From Bacteroidales bacterium (GTDB lineage: Bacteria > Bacteroidota > Bacteroidia > Bacteroidales > UBA1402), in the NCBI GenBank assembly GCA_017464285.1, contig JAFUDT010000014.1:91787-155786 (forward strand): a stretch of 64,000 bases of DNA. Direction: 5' to 3'. Below, one piece after another: positions 8,959-18,830 of this stretch. The notes under the pieces were generated by a model that was not told the DNA's origin, made no database searches, and saw only the letters and a list, made by a program, of their open reading frames with translations. A program made the translations under genes and the position numbers. Numbering within the stretch: the stretch's first letter is position 1; each line of letters begins with the position of its first letter.

Positions 8959-10631
8959 AAAAAATGTGCGTATGGACAGTCTTGCTGACTGTCCTGGCCT
9001 TTACAGGCTGCCAAAACCGTCAGGAAATGAAACTCAGGGAAATCATCCGACAAACCGAACAACAGGCCCGCCCGCTACTGAAAGAGGCCAATCTGGCCTA
9101 CTGGCAGGGAGCCACCAAGGGGGATGCCCAAGCCTTCGAACAGTATGCCGACCTGAACATGCAGCTCACCGATCTGTTTTCCAATCAGGAAATTTTCGCC
9201 ACCTTGAAGGATATCAAAGACGGGGGCAGCATAAAAGACACATCGTTGGCCCGCCAGCTGGAAATACTCTACCCCATGTATCTGGAGAACCAGGCCGACA
9301 CGGCTCTGCTCAACGCCATCAGCCAGAAGGAAGCCGCACTGGAGCTCAAGTATGCCGAATACCGGGCTCAGTACCACGGACGCAGCATCAACGACAACGA
9401 GGTGGAACAGCTGCTCAGCCATCTGACCGACAGCCGCGAGCTGGAGGCTGTCTGGACAGCCCACAAAGCGCTGGGACGCACAGTAGCCGACGATGTGCTG
9501 GAGATTGTCCGCCTGCGCAACCAGGTGGCCCGCCAGCTGGGATTCGACAATTACCATACCATGAGCCTGAGCCTCTCCGGACAGGATCCGGCCGAGATTT
9601 CGGCTCTGTTTGACGAACTGGACGCCTTGACCCGTGACGGATTCAAGGCGCTGAAAGACGAAATGGATGCTGCCTTTGCCAAGCGTTGCCATGTCCAGAC
9701 AGACCAGCTGCGCCCCTGGCATTTTCAGGACCGCTTCTTCCAGGAAGCACCGCTGCTCTACCCGGTCGATCTGGACAAATATTACCGCGGGCAGTCGCTT
9801 GAGCAGCTCACGACCGACTTCTACGCCAGCCTGGGCCTGGATGTCAAAAACATCATGGCTCACAGCGACCTCTATCCCAAAGACAATAAGAATCAGCATG
9901 CCTTCTGCACCGACATCGACAGTGAAGGCGATGTCCGCATCCTGTGCAACATCTCCGACAACGAGCAATGGATGAACACCATGCTGCACGAGTTCGGCCA
10001 CGGTGTCTATGCCCTGGGGCACGACAGCCAGCCCGTTTACCTTTTCCGTGAAGCCGCCCACACCTTCACCACCGAAGGCATTGCCATGATGTTCGAAAAA
10101 ATGTCACGCAACCCCGAGTGGATGCAGAAGCGTCTTGGTTTCTCCGACGAAGAGAAGCAGGCCATTGCCGAGAACTGCTTCAAGTCGCTGCGCTTGCAGC
10201 AACTGGTCTTCTCGCGCTGGACTCAGGTGGTCTATCGCTTCGAGAAAGCCATGTATGCCGATCCCGAACAGGATTTGAACAGCCTTTGGAAGGAGCTGGT
10301 CGAGAAGTATCAGCTGCTCCGTTATCCCGAAGGGCGCAACGAGCCCGACTGGGCCGCCAAGATTCACATCGCCCTCTACCCCTGCTATTACCACAACTAC
10401 CAGCTGGGGGCCCTGTTTGCCTCGCAGGTGCACCACTACATCACGGCCAACATCACCGGCCGGAACGATATGAAGTTCGACGACTACAGCGTCAATGCCC
10501 AAGAAATCGGTCAGTGGCTGCAGGCAAACATTTTCCAAGTCGGCCGCCGCTATCCCTGGAACGAGATGATCGAGCGGGCCACAGGCGAAAAGCTCACGGC
10601 CAAATACTACCAAATGCAGTTCGTGGACTAA
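8955..10631 (+). CDS. Zinc metallopeptidase lipoprotein, M2 (ACE-like)/gluzincin family
   Basis: Lipoprotein signal (LLTVLAFTGCQ). HEFGH zinc motif followed about 25 aa later by TEGIA. ACE-like N-terminal pattern (EANLAYWQGATKG). Its ATG overlaps the MATE stop by 4 nt. Confidence 0.75.
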   Translation: MKKMCVWTVLLTVLAFTGCQNRQEMKLREIIRQTEQQARPLLKEANLAYWQGATKGDAQAFEQYADLNMQLTDLFSNQEIFATLKDIKDGGSIKDTSLARQLEILYPMYLENQADTALLNAISQKEAALELKYAEYRAQYHGRSINDNEVEQLLSHLTDSRELEAVWTAHKALGRTVADDVLEIVRLRNQVARQLGFDNYHTMSLSLSGQDPAEISALFDELDALTRDGFKALKDEMDAAFAKRCHVQTDQLRPWHFQDRFFQEAPLLYPVDLDKYYRGQSLEQLTTDFYASLGLDVKNIMAHSDLYPKDNKNQHAFCTDIDSEGDVRILCNISDNEQWMNTMLHEFGHGVYALGHDSQPVYLFREAAHTFTTEGIAMMFEKMSRNPEWMQKRLGFSDEEKQAIAENCFKSLRLQQLVFSRWTQVVYRFEKAMYADPEQDLNSLWKELVEKYQLLRYPEGRNEPDWAAKIHIALYPCYYHNYQLGALFASQVHHYITANITGRNDMKFDDYSVNAQEIGQWLQANIFQVGRRYPWNEMIERATGEKLTAKYYQMQFVD

Positions 10632-10667
10632 GCGGAGACTTGTAAGGCAGACGCCCGGAGGAGTCTC

Positions 10668-11318
10668 TCAGTTTAGAATCTGCTCAAACATCAGTACCCC
10701 GTTTTCCAACCAGATCCGAAAGGTATCGGGAGTATTGACGGGTTGGCCGGAACTGGAATACTCAATATAATCGACTTGTAAGGTCATAGAGAATGATTCC
10801 GAAGTATTGACAAGTGAGGAGACCACGTACCTCTTATTGAAAACCATAGCAGCTTGTCCGTTTCCTACAACAATTATCGTCAAAAACGGAGGTCTTGAAT
10901 CAAAGGGATAACCCATTAATATCAAGGCTGTATAGTCATTATTCAGCGGAACACGGATGTAGTAATCGCTTTCACCGGTTCTGAATGCTTCCGGGATACA
11001 GTCCCAGGCGATTGAAGACTTAATCATAAACGGAACATCATTCGTGAGTGATTTTATGACTGTGAAATATCCAGGGTCTTCTTCCCAACCGGAGAATTTT
11101 TCCAGTGAGATAGTTATGCCATTGGCAGAGAACGATGCCGTTTGTGTATGGCTTAGATTTATGTCCTCATTTGCAAGATATGGAATAACATTAAACTGAC
11201 TGTTTGGGACAATCGTTCCATTGTTGAAGGTAAAAATATTGGCCCCTTTTATTGAACAGGAAGTACTGTTTAGGACAATCAACAGAACCAATAATATCAT
11301 CTTTTCATTCCGCTTCAT
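10668..11318 (-). CDS. Orphan lipoprotein in a second AT-richer island
   Basis: ORF 10668..11381. The preferred start is MKRNEKMILLVLLIVLNSTSCS at 11318 (lipobox Cys); 11381 is an alternative start. No recognisable family. Confidence 0.65.
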   Translation of the reverse strand: MKRNEKMILLVLLIVLNSTSCSIKGANIFTFNNGTIVPNSQFNVIPYLANEDINLSHTQTASFSANGITISLEKFSGWEEDPGYFTVIKSLTNDVPFMIKSSIAWDCIPEAFRTGESDYYIRVPLNNDYTALILMGYPFDSRPPFLTIIVVGNGQAAMVFNKRYVVSSLVNTSESFSMTLQVDYIEYSSSGQPVNTPDTFRIWLENGVLMFEQILN

Positions 11319-11443
11319 ATCATTCCAGTGTTCTATTATTCTGTTGGCAACCATTCCGTCTAATTCATAAAGATCGAACAATTGGCGGATTAAGAGGGAC
11401 CATCTCCGTCCTTACATCACCGCATGAAACTATATGTCCATTG

Positions 11444-11451
11444 CAAAAATA
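11444..11451 (-). promoter_or_regulatory. -7 promoter box (TATTTTTG on minus strand) for the orphan lipoprotein gene
   Basis: The plus-strand caaaaata matches the consensus on the minus strand. It lies upstream of both candidate starts. Confidence 0.3.
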
Positions 11452-11510
11452 AACACTTTCTGATGAAAAGTATAAGAACACACAAAAGATAAAAGAATAT
11501 ACCATGCGTA

Positions 11511-11554
11511 AAGAGCCCCTGAAAGTTTTTCGTTCAACTTTCAGGGGCTCTTTA
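11511..11554. terminator. Perfect 18-bp stem-loop downstream of the SIS gene
   Basis: aaagagcccctgaaagtt (11511-11528) pairs perfectly with aactttcaggggctcttt (11537-11554) around an 8-nt loop. It lies 60 nt after the stop of the minus-strand SIS gene. Confidence 0.6.
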
Positions 11555-11614
11555 TAACATATCGGTCAGTTGCCTTACGTACAACGTTCCGACTTAGAGA
11601 TATCCAACTCGTGC

Positions 11615-12631
11615 TTAAATCACCAGTTCGTTGCCGACCTTGCGGGCACGGTCGGGCTTATCCAGGTCGATGCCCGTGGCCAGACCGATTTCGACCAGCA
11701 GATTCCAGCCGGCGCAGAGATAAGCGTAGGGAGTCAGTTCGCCGCAGTCGGGGATGATGATTGTGGGGAATGGCGTCTGACGGGTCGAGAGAGCCACCAC
11801 TTTGCAACCCACACCCTTTTCGAGCACTTCCTGGAACTTCTCGATTTCAGCCTCGATGGGATCGATGACAAAGACAATGTCGCAAGGCTTCATCACTTCC
11901 TCGATGCCATGAACGGCATAGGTTCCTTCCAGAAAATCGGATTTGCGGCGGGTGATTTCGTTGGTCTTGAGGGTCAGTTCCTCAGCCACACCGTCGTTAT
12001 AGCCAGAGAAATAAATGGTCTCGGCGCCGATGGCAGCCTTGACAATATCCTGAGGAATCTCCAGGGTCAGGGCCTTTTCCAGCTGGGCGGGCAAAGCCTT
12101 GAGGGCTGCGGTCTTTTCTTCACCCTTGAGGTGCCACAGGATGGATTCATAGAATAGGGTCTGTTCAATGACACTCTTGGTGGCTGCCACGGCCTGTTCC
12201 CAGCCGCAGTTGAGCACATGGGTGGCATGGCATTGCCTGGAGAGCATGGTATCCTCGCAGGCGGTCAGCCCAAAGACGTCCTTTTTGCCGGCTTCCGTCA
12301 GCTTCTTGGCCAGCAGGATCACCTCCTTGGTACGGCCCGAATTGGAAGCACAATAGACAGTGTATTTCGACAAATCGTATTCATAGGACTGGCGGCTGCC
12401 GTCGGTCTGGATGTTCAGGTCCAGTCCCCAGCGTTTGGCCTTGCGCATGGCATTCTTGGCCGGGAAAATACGGCTCGAGCCCTCGCCCGTCAGGAAGAGG
12501 CGGCCGCTGCGCCGGATGATTTCTGCGACTTCACGCGTCACACTCGGATCAAACTTGCGGACAGTGTCCACCGTTCCCATCATTTCCTGCACCAGGCAGT
12601 ACTTCGCATAGTTCTTGTCAGTAAGGTTCAT
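11615..12631 (-). CDS. Double-SIS-domain sugar-phosphate isomerase/deaminase (GlmS-isomerase / AgaS / NagB-II-like)
   Basis: 338 aa. SIS signature (LFLTGEGSSRIFPAKNA, SNSGRTKEV) plus a second SIS half. There is a 2-nt gap to the upstream DUF4954-like gene. Confidence 0.82.
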   Translation of the reverse strand: MNLTDKNYAKYCLVQEMMGTVDTVRKFDPSVTREVAEIIRRSGRLFLTGEGSSRIFPAKNAMRKAKRWGLDLNIQTDGSRQSYEYDLSKYTVYCASNSGRTKEVILLAKKLTEAGKKDVFGLTACEDTMLSRQCHATHVLNCGWEQAVAATKSVIEQTLFYESILWHLKGEEKTAALKALPAQLEKALTLEIPQDIVKAAIGAETIYFSGYNDGVAEELTLKTNEITRRKSDFLEGTYAVHGIEEVMKPCDIVFVIDPIEAEIEKFQEVLEKGVGCKVVALSTRQTPFPTIIIPDCGELTPYAYLCAGWNLLVEIGLATGIDLDKPDRARKVGNELVI

Positions 12632-12633
12632 AC

Positions 12634-14844
12634 TTAAATACGTTTATAGAGTTTGGAGATTTCATCGTTGAAAACGGCTGTCTGCTCGCGGATCTGCTGG
12701 ATGAAGCCGTCCTTTTCGATAGGCTTGACCGCCGCAAGCATTTCCTCGTCATTACGATAGGTAGCGCGACGGTAGATATTGTCGTAGTCTTTTTTACGGG
12801 ATACATAGACCTGGTCGCAGACATACTGCTGCAGTTCCCGGCCACGGTCCAGGACGGCCTTCCACTGCCCGTCGGTGATGTGATCGGTTTCGAGCAGGTA
12901 GCACAGCGACAGGTAGGCATGACGCAGCTTGTCGATATCGTACTTTTCCCAGATTTCGTCATAGCGGTGATGGATGTCGTCCCAGGAGTCGAGCACGCCG
13001 CTGCGGATGTCGGCAATCAGCGCCTCCAGATCACGGGTCATCATCAGCTGTCCGCCCAGATTGCTCCAGCCCTTTTCGCGACGGTCTTCCTGCACAGCTT
13101 CCACCATAGTCTGGAAAGTAGCCTTGGGATGGTCCTGCATGTATTTCATCACATTCTTGACAGCATAGTAGGTAAGCATGTCGGCATAGGCATGATAGGC
13201 TTCCCAGACTTTGAGGATGCGTACACGGCGCTTGCCCTTTTCCATGTTTTCACCGAAGATGTCCAGTGCCGCTACCACAGAGCGGTCGTCCTCCAGCAGC
13301 CGCCGGCCGGTTTCACGGAGTTCCTTGTGAGACAGGTCGTCGGCGCTGCGTCCTTCTTTTTTGAGCCAGGCCTTGGCCGTCCAGACCTCCAGCAGCTTGC
13401 GTCCCTGGATGACCTCCTCCATGCTGTCGGGGGCATAGGTGTCGAACTCGATATGCTGGAATTTACGCTTGCGTTTGTCGCGCTTGTTGTATTTCCAGGA
13501 ATTGCGCGCCAGCGCATACATATTGTACATCCACCAGAAGGCGGGCATGACCTCCAGCTCGTTGTGATGAATATTGTTGTTGACCAGAGAGAAAGGCAGC
13601 GTGATATCCATCTCGCTGGGATAGTCGGCCTTGCTCAGCATGGTATAGGAGGCAAAGCGGCAGGAATGCTTCACGCTCGAGCACAGGCCCGGCCAGAAGC
13701 CTCGGCCGGCCTGGATTTCATTGTCGTTGGTACGGCTGTTGTGATTGGAGCCGATGGTGGCCCCGGCGGCGATATTGGTCTGTCCCATCAGGACGGCAGC
13801 CACCAGGAAGGAGTTGTTGTGGTGCTGCTCGTGAGCCGGGAAAATCAGGTTGTTGAGCACCTCGCAGCAGGAAATGGTCGAGTTGTCGCCCAGGAAAGAG
13901 TGGATCAGACGGGCACCGTACTTGAGGTTGGAGTTGTTGCCCATGACAAAGCGAACGCCAATACAGGAATAGAAGATATGGCAGCCGTAGCCGACGATAC
14001 CGTTGACCAGTACCACTCCTTCGCCGATCTGGGTCGGCTCCTCCAATGAGGAGTTGACCGTGATGTTTTTCAGCTTGCTGGCTCCTTTGATATAGCAGGA
14101 GTCGCCGATTTTGACATCCTTGATGATCGCCGAGTTCTTGACCACGCAATCCTTCCCCACCGTACCGTAATAGCCCCGGCGGCTGTCGAAGCGGCGCTGA
14201 GTCAGTTCCGAGAGTCTGGCCTGCAGTTCCTTGTCGTCGATGAACTTGGCACTGAGGTAGGCATCGGCGGCAATCATGCCGTCGAAAGGATAGACGCAGC
14301 GGGTACCGGTCTCGTTCATCACATCCAGGCAGATGCGCACCTCAGGATCCTCACCGTCCTTGATGATGCCGTTGCCGAACTTGGCATGGTTGGTCACACA
14401 CATTTCCTGCACATTGAACAGAATGCAGCGATCGCCGATGATATAATGCGAAAGATAGTGGACGTCATGGACAGCCACGTAGTCGCCGATATCGCAGGAA
14501 TCGATCAGGCTGTTGGTGATGCCCACCTTGAGGCGCAGGTCGTGATACTGGAGCAAGCCGTCTGAAACGGCGCCGATACGGACCATGCCGTAAAACTTGT
14601 TGTTCTTAAGCTGACGGGGGTCGAATATGTCCGTTACAAAAATATTGTCCCAATTATCGGAGGTATTGTTGTTCTTGACCAGTCGCTCGATTTCGTCCGA
14701 ATGCAGGTGACGCCAGCCGCCAGCCGGTTTTTTAGCCTGTTTGTTACGAAGATAGTACTCGTCCTTGCCCGCAGGCAGATAAGGACTTTCAATAAAAGGC
14801 GTCCGCTGTGAGGGGCCGGACAGCAGAGTGACGGTATTTTCCAT
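12634..14844 (-). CDS. Large left-handed beta-helix (hexapeptide-repeat) protein, DUF4954-like
   Basis: 736 aa. The central region has imperfect hexapeptide-like periodicity (e.g. VVKNSAIIKDVKIGDSCYIKGASKLKNITV, IGEGVVLVNGIVGYGCHIFYS), followed by a helical C-terminal region. The family call is from memory of Bacteroidetes DUF4954 proteins. Confidence 0.7.
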   Translation of the reverse strand: MENTVTLLSGPSQRTPFIESPYLPAGKDEYYLRNKQAKKPAGGWRHLHSDEIERLVKNNNTSDNWDNIFVTDIFDPRQLKNNKFYGMVRIGAVSDGLLQYHDLRLKVGITNSLIDSCDIGDYVAVHDVHYLSHYIIGDRCILFNVQEMCVTNHAKFGNGIIKDGEDPEVRICLDVMNETGTRCVYPFDGMIAADAYLSAKFIDDKELQARLSELTQRRFDSRRGYYGTVGKDCVVKNSAIIKDVKIGDSCYIKGASKLKNITVNSSLEEPTQIGEGVVLVNGIVGYGCHIFYSCIGVRFVMGNNSNLKYGARLIHSFLGDNSTISCCEVLNNLIFPAHEQHHNNSFLVAAVLMGQTNIAAGATIGSNHNSRTNDNEIQAGRGFWPGLCSSVKHSCRFASYTMLSKADYPSEMDITLPFSLVNNNIHHNELEVMPAFWWMYNMYALARNSWKYNKRDKRKRKFQHIEFDTYAPDSMEEVIQGRKLLEVWTAKAWLKKEGRSADDLSHKELRETGRRLLEDDRSVVAALDIFGENMEKGKRRVRILKVWEAYHAYADMLTYYAVKNVMKYMQDHPKATFQTMVEAVQEDRREKGWSNLGGQLMMTRDLEALIADIRSGVLDSWDDIHHRYDEIWEKYDIDKLRHAYLSLCYLLETDHITDGQWKAVLDRGRELQQYVCDQVYVSRKKDYDNIYRRATYRNDEEMLAAVKPIEKDGFIQQIREQTAVFNDEISKLYKRI

Positions 14845-14914
14845 AATATAAAAAATTGGGGCGAATTAGTCAGGCAGACAACTAAAGTGCTGTCTGCCTT
14901 GACTTAACTCACCG

Positions 14915-14922
14915 CAAAAGTA
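14915..14922 (-). promoter_or_regulatory. -7 promoter box (TACTTTTG on minus strand) for the DUF4954-like/SIS operon
   Basis: The plus-strand caaaagta lies 71 nt upstream of the ATG at 14844. Confidence 0.4.
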
Positions 14923-14932
14923 CAAATTACAC

Positions 14933-14974
14933 AAAAAAGTACACAAAAAAACCGCGGTTTTTTGTGTACTTTTT
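14933..14974 (-). terminator. Rho-independent terminator after the GH95 gene
   Basis: aagtacacaaaaaaaccg / cggttttttgtgtactt form a near-perfect 17-18-bp hairpin with one A bulge. It starts 7 nt beyond the GH95 stop, with a T-run on the minus strand. Confidence 0.65.
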
Positions 14975-14980
14975 GACAGT

Positions 14981-17641
14981 TTACTGACAAATGACGGTAT
15001 AGCTCTTACCGGGCTTAGTCATGAAATCGACCGTATAATACTGCTTCTGGGGCAGTCCCGGCATGGCTCTCTGGGCAAAGTTCTCCACCTTGCCGGCAGC
15101 CACCGTATGGAACAGGGCATTGGGATTCTCGCCCTGGGCTGTCCGGGCCGAAGCGCCCTTGACCTTGACCGGAACTTCGGTGCGCAGACGGCAGTTGCCG
15201 CCCTTTTCCGAATGGATAACGGCCTGGCTCAAACGACCGTTCTTCCATGTCAGATCGACGGTGAAACCGCCCCGGGCCTTGATACCCGTAATACTGCCCT
15301 CAGGCCATACCGTAGGCAGGGCCGGCAGCAGCTGGATAAAGCCCGCATGACTCTGCATGAGCATTTCGATAATGCCGGCCGTGTAACCGAAGTTACCGTC
15401 GATCTGGAATGGCGGGTGAGCGTCCAGTAGGTTGGGATAGACACCGCCGCCAGAGGTACGTCGGGTACCGAAACCGACCGGACTGAACAGGTTCTTGACG
15501 ATGATATTGGCATGGTCGCCGTCAAGCAGACGGGCCCAAAGATTGATCTTCCAGCCCATCGACCAGCCGGTGGCCTCGTCGCCGCGCAGCTCCAGCGTAC
15601 GCATGGTAGCGCGGAACAGGTCGGGAGTGGCGTCATAGCTGATCTGATTGCCCGGATGCAGCCCGTACAGATGCGAGACATGACGGTGGTGCGGCTCGGC
15701 TTCGCCGAAATCCTGCTGCCACTCCTGCAACTGCCCGCGTGAACCGATGCGGAAAGGCAGCAGCTTAATGGACTGGTCCTGCAGTTTGCTGCGGAAGTCC
15801 TCGTCCACGCCAAGAATCTCGGAAGCCTCGATGGTGTGGGCAAACAGTTCGCGGATAAGGGTCATGTCCATGGTACTGCCCATGCTGATGGCCGACTTCA
15901 GAGGTCTGCCCCTTTCGTCGACGGCCCGGCCCGGAACGATAAAGGTGTTTTCAGGTGAATTGCTGACAGGGGTGACCAGATAGCCCTGGCCGTTGTCCAC
16001 CAGCCAGTCGGTGAAGAATTCAGCGGCACCTTTGATGACAGGATAGGCTTCCTGCTCAAGAAACTCGCGGTCGCCGGTAAAGAGATAGTGTTCCCAGAAA
16101 TGGGCACTCAGCCAGGCACTGGCCATGGGCCAGTAGGATGAGGTGGGAGTACCGTCGTTGGGATGGGTCTCACGCCAGATGGAAGTGTTGTGATGGGCCA
16201 CCCAGCCATTGCGGCCGTACATGTCACGGGCCGTCACCCTGCCCGACTCGGCCAGTTCCTTGATCATCTGGAAGAAAGGCTGGGCACATTCGCTCAGGTT
16301 GGCCGGCTCGGCAGGCCAGTAGTTCATCTCGGCATTGATGTTCAGGGTATATCCACAGTTCCAGGAAGGCATGGTCTTGTCGTTCCACATGCCCTGCAGG
16401 TTCATGGCCTGGCCGCCGGGACGGGAAGCACTGATCATCAGGTAGCGGCCGTACTGGAACATCAGGGTTACCAACCCGTTGTCGTAAGTGTTGTAGAATT
16501 CGCAGATACGCTCGTCTGTAGGCAGCTGACGGGACTTCTCCGGTGCCGGCATCGAGAACTTGACACGGTCGAACAGAGCCTTGTAGTCGGCCTGATGGGC
16601 TTTCAACATCGAACTGTAACTCTTGGTCTGGGCAGAGGCCAGGGCGGCGTCGGCCAAGGCGGCCGCATCCTTGCCCTCACGCGAGGGGCTCTTGTCCCAG
16701 CCGTTGAAACTGGTGGCCGAAGCCAGGACAAAAACCACCTCATCGGCACCGCTCACATGCAGGTTCCGGCTGGCGGGATTGCGCTGGCTGACGGCAGGAT
16801 TATCCTCCACTGCGATAACGGCACCCGGGGCAATCGCCTTCAGACGTGTCTCGAAGAAGGTGCCCAGACCGTTGATCTGATCGCCGTAAAGCAGATTGTC
16901 CTGGTACTTGCGGCTGCCGTCGGCAAAATACAGTTCCGGATGGCGGCCTTCGGCCTTCCAGCCGCGGATCATGGCATCACCACGACGCTGGCCGTGACCG
17001 GGAGCCTGTCCGCTCATGTACACCTCGTCCCCTTCCACTCTGTAAGTCGTGGTCGGCTTGTGGGTGGAGCTGAGGCTGATGCTGACATCAACCGATTTAG
17101 GCCGGTCGGCCGAAATTCTCATAACGATGACATCATCGGGATGGGAGGCGAAAATCTCACGGGTGTAGTGGACACCGTTCTGGGTGTAGGTGATACGCAT
17201 GACTGCGGAGGCGATGTCCAGTTCCCGGCGGTAATCAGTGATCTCACCCTGCACATGATTGGTCACATGCCAGTCGCCCAGCGGCTGATAGTTTTCGTGC
17301 AGACGGCCCAGCCAATGATATTGTACCAGGTCGTAGGCTTCGGTATACTTGCCGTCAAGCAGCAGGTCCACCACTTTTTCGTAAGTGGGAGTAACATCGT
17401 GGACTTTCCATACCGTGGCCGGTTCTCCGCTGTAGAGCGTGTTGTCGTTCAGGCGGATCAACTCCTGCATTGCGTTGCCGTAGACCATGGCACCCAAGTG
17501 GCCGTTGCCGATGGGCAAAGCCTGGTTCCAGTCGGCTGCAGGCGTATTGTACCATAAGGTACAGTCTCCCGCCTTCATCCCCAAGACGGCACTCAGCAGC
17601 AGAGAGGCCGTCGTCATCATGTAAGCTAGTTTTTTCATCAT
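14981..17641 (-). CDS. Glycoside hydrolase family 95 (alpha-L-fucosidase/galactosidase-type)
   Basis: The 980-aa ORF is trimmed to [21 protein letters not shown] at 17641 (signal peptide). GH95 N-terminal signature [26 protein letters not shown] is present. The upstream extension overlaps the chrA gene and is spurious. Confidence 0.9.
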   Translation of the reverse strand: MMKKLAYMMTTASLLLSAVLGMKAGDCTLWYNTPAADWNQALPIGNGHLGAMVYGNAMQELIRLNDNTLYSGEPATVWKVHDVTPTYEKVVDLLLDGKYTEAYDLVQYHWLGRLHENYQPLGDWHVTNHVQGEITDYRRELDIASAVMRITYTQNGVHYTREIFASHPDDVIVMRISADRPKSVDVSISLSSTHKPTTTYRVEGDEVYMSGQAPGHGQRRGDAMIRGWKAEGRHPELYFADGSRKYQDNLLYGDQINGLGTFFETRLKAIAPGAVIAVEDNPAVSQRNPASRNLHVSGADEVVFVLASATSFNGWDKSPSREGKDAAALADAALASAQTKSYSSMLKAHQADYKALFDRVKFSMPAPEKSRQLPTDERICEFYNTYDNGLVTLMFQYGRYLMISASRPGGQAMNLQGMWNDKTMPSWNCGYTLNINAEMNYWPAEPANLSECAQPFFQMIKELAESGRVTARDMYGRNGWVAHHNTSIWRETHPNDGTPTSSYWPMASAWLSAHFWEHYLFTGDREFLEQEAYPVIKGAAEFFTDWLVDNGQGYLVTPVSNSPENTFIVPGRAVDERGRPLKSAISMGSTMDMTLIRELFAHTIEASEILGVDEDFRSKLQDQSIKLLPFRIGSRGQLQEWQQDFGEAEPHHRHVSHLYGLHPGNQISYDATPDLFRATMRTLELRGDEATGWSMGWKINLWARLLDGDHANIIVKNLFSPVGFGTRRTSGGGVYPNLLDAHPPFQIDGNFGYTAGIIEMLMQSHAGFIQLLPALPTVWPEGSITGIKARGGFTVDLTWKNGRLSQAVIHSEKGGNCRLRTEVPVKVKGASARTAQGENPNALFHTVAAGKVENFAQRAMPGLPQKQYYTVDFMTKPGKSYTVICQ

Positions 17642-17649
17642 ATAGTTGA

Positions 17650-18171
17650 TTAATAAATGAGTATGCCGGTTATTGCCGCCGCAAGGAGCGTCCAGATGGG
17701 ATTGACTCTTTTCCATACGGCGACAAAGCAAACCACCCCGATGAGCACACTGGTCCAATCGAAAAAGGTCTCCCTGTTGAGAAACAGCAAAGCCGTGGCG
17801 GCAATCAGGCCGACCAGCATCGGACGCATCCAGGCCAGGGCGGAAATCATAAAGCGGTTGTTTTTTATCTTCTTGTAAAATATGGTAATGAGCAGCATGA
17901 CCGTGAGCGGCGGCAGGCAACAAGCCGTGGTGGCCAGCACCGATCCCCAGACATTACCCGTGACCGTGTAGCCCACATAGGTGGCACAGTTGATGGCAAT
18001 CGGGCCCGGAGTCATCTGCGATACGGCGATGATGTCGGTAAGCTGGGCCTGGGTAATCCAGCCACGCTGCATTACAATCTCGTTGTGAATGAGCGTGATC
18101 ATCGGATAGCCTCCGCCAAAGCCGAAGAAGCCGATTTTCAGATAGGAGAGGAAAAGCTGCAGATAAATCAT
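17650..18171 (-). CDS. Chromate transporter family protein (short-chain CHR, second half)
   Basis: 173 aa starting [28 protein letters not shown], the CHR motif. It has a 4-nt overlap with the upstream half. Confidence 0.85.
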   Translation of the reverse strand: MIYLQLFLSYLKIGFFGFGGGYPMITLIHNEIVMQRGWITQAQLTDIIAVSQMTPGPIAINCATYVGYTVTGNVWGSVLATTACCLPPLTVMLLITIFYKKIKNNRFMISALAWMRPMLVGLIAATALLFLNRETFFDWTSVLIGVVCFVAVWKRVNPIWTLLAAAITGILIY

Positions 18172-18743
18172 GGCCTGTCGGATTGATCGGGTTCGTCTCC
18201 CAAGCTATCGCCCGTGGAGGAGGGCTTTTCCATAAAAGCCAGCACAATGCCCAGCAGGGCACCCAGCACGAGCAGCAGCACGGGCGATACTCCCAGCAAG
18301 GCGATGACAGCCAAGGCAGCAAGGGCCAGCAATATCTGCGGCAGGTTGAGTTTCTGTATCATTCTGACACAGGGGACGGCAATCAGAGCCACCACGCAGG
18401 GACGGATACCCTTGAAAGCGGCATTGATCACCGTATTTTCCCGGAAACCGGTCAGATACATGGCTATCATCAGGATAATGAAAAAAGAAGGCAGCACCAG
18501 CCCTACCACCGCGGCCAGGGCGCCCCGCCAGCCGCCGACCCGATAGCCGACAAAGACCGCCGTATTGAGAGAGAAGGGGCCGGGAGCCGACTGTGCCAGG
18601 GTAAACTGGTCGAGAAAGTCCTCCCGCTCAAACCAGCGGTGACGGTCGACGACCTCGCGCTCGATAAGCGAAATCATAGCATAACCGCTGCCGAAAGTAA
18701 AGGCACCGATTTTAAAAAATGTCCAGAACAACTGCCAGATCAT
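18168..18743 (-). CDS. Chromate transporter family protein (short-chain CHR, first half)
   Basis: 191 aa starting MIWQLFWTFFKIGAFTFGSGYAMISLIEREVV. Paired with 17650..18171. Confidence 0.85.
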   Translation of the reverse strand: MIWQLFWTFFKIGAFTFGSGYAMISLIEREVVDRHRWFEREDFLDQFTLAQSAPGPFSLNTAVFVGYRVGGWRGALAAVVGLVLPSFFIILMIAMYLTGFRENTVINAAFKGIRPCVVALIAVPCVRMIQKLNLPQILLALAALAVIALLGVSPVLLLVLGALLGIVLAFMEKPSSTGDSLGDEPDQSDRP

Positions 18744-18830
18744 ACTCTCTCCACAAAACGGCAGCGAATATAATGAAACAGCCTTTTTTGGACGAATGAT
18801 TGATGATAAATAATCTAAATCCCGCCAGGA

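Noticed and set aside
17642-17923. N-terminal 94-codon extension of the GH95 ORF (the 980-aa call).
   Set aside because: It overlaps the chromate-transporter gene on the same strand. The signal peptide MMKKLAYMM...SAVLG starts at 17641, and the extension has no coding-like character.
17650-18743. The chromate transporter is split into two ORFs, which could indicate a pseudogene or frameshift.
   Set aside because: Each half starts with its own intact CHR motif (FGGGYPM / FGSGYAM), and the two overlap by the typical 4-nt ATGA coupling. Pairs of short-chain CHR genes are a known natural arrangement.
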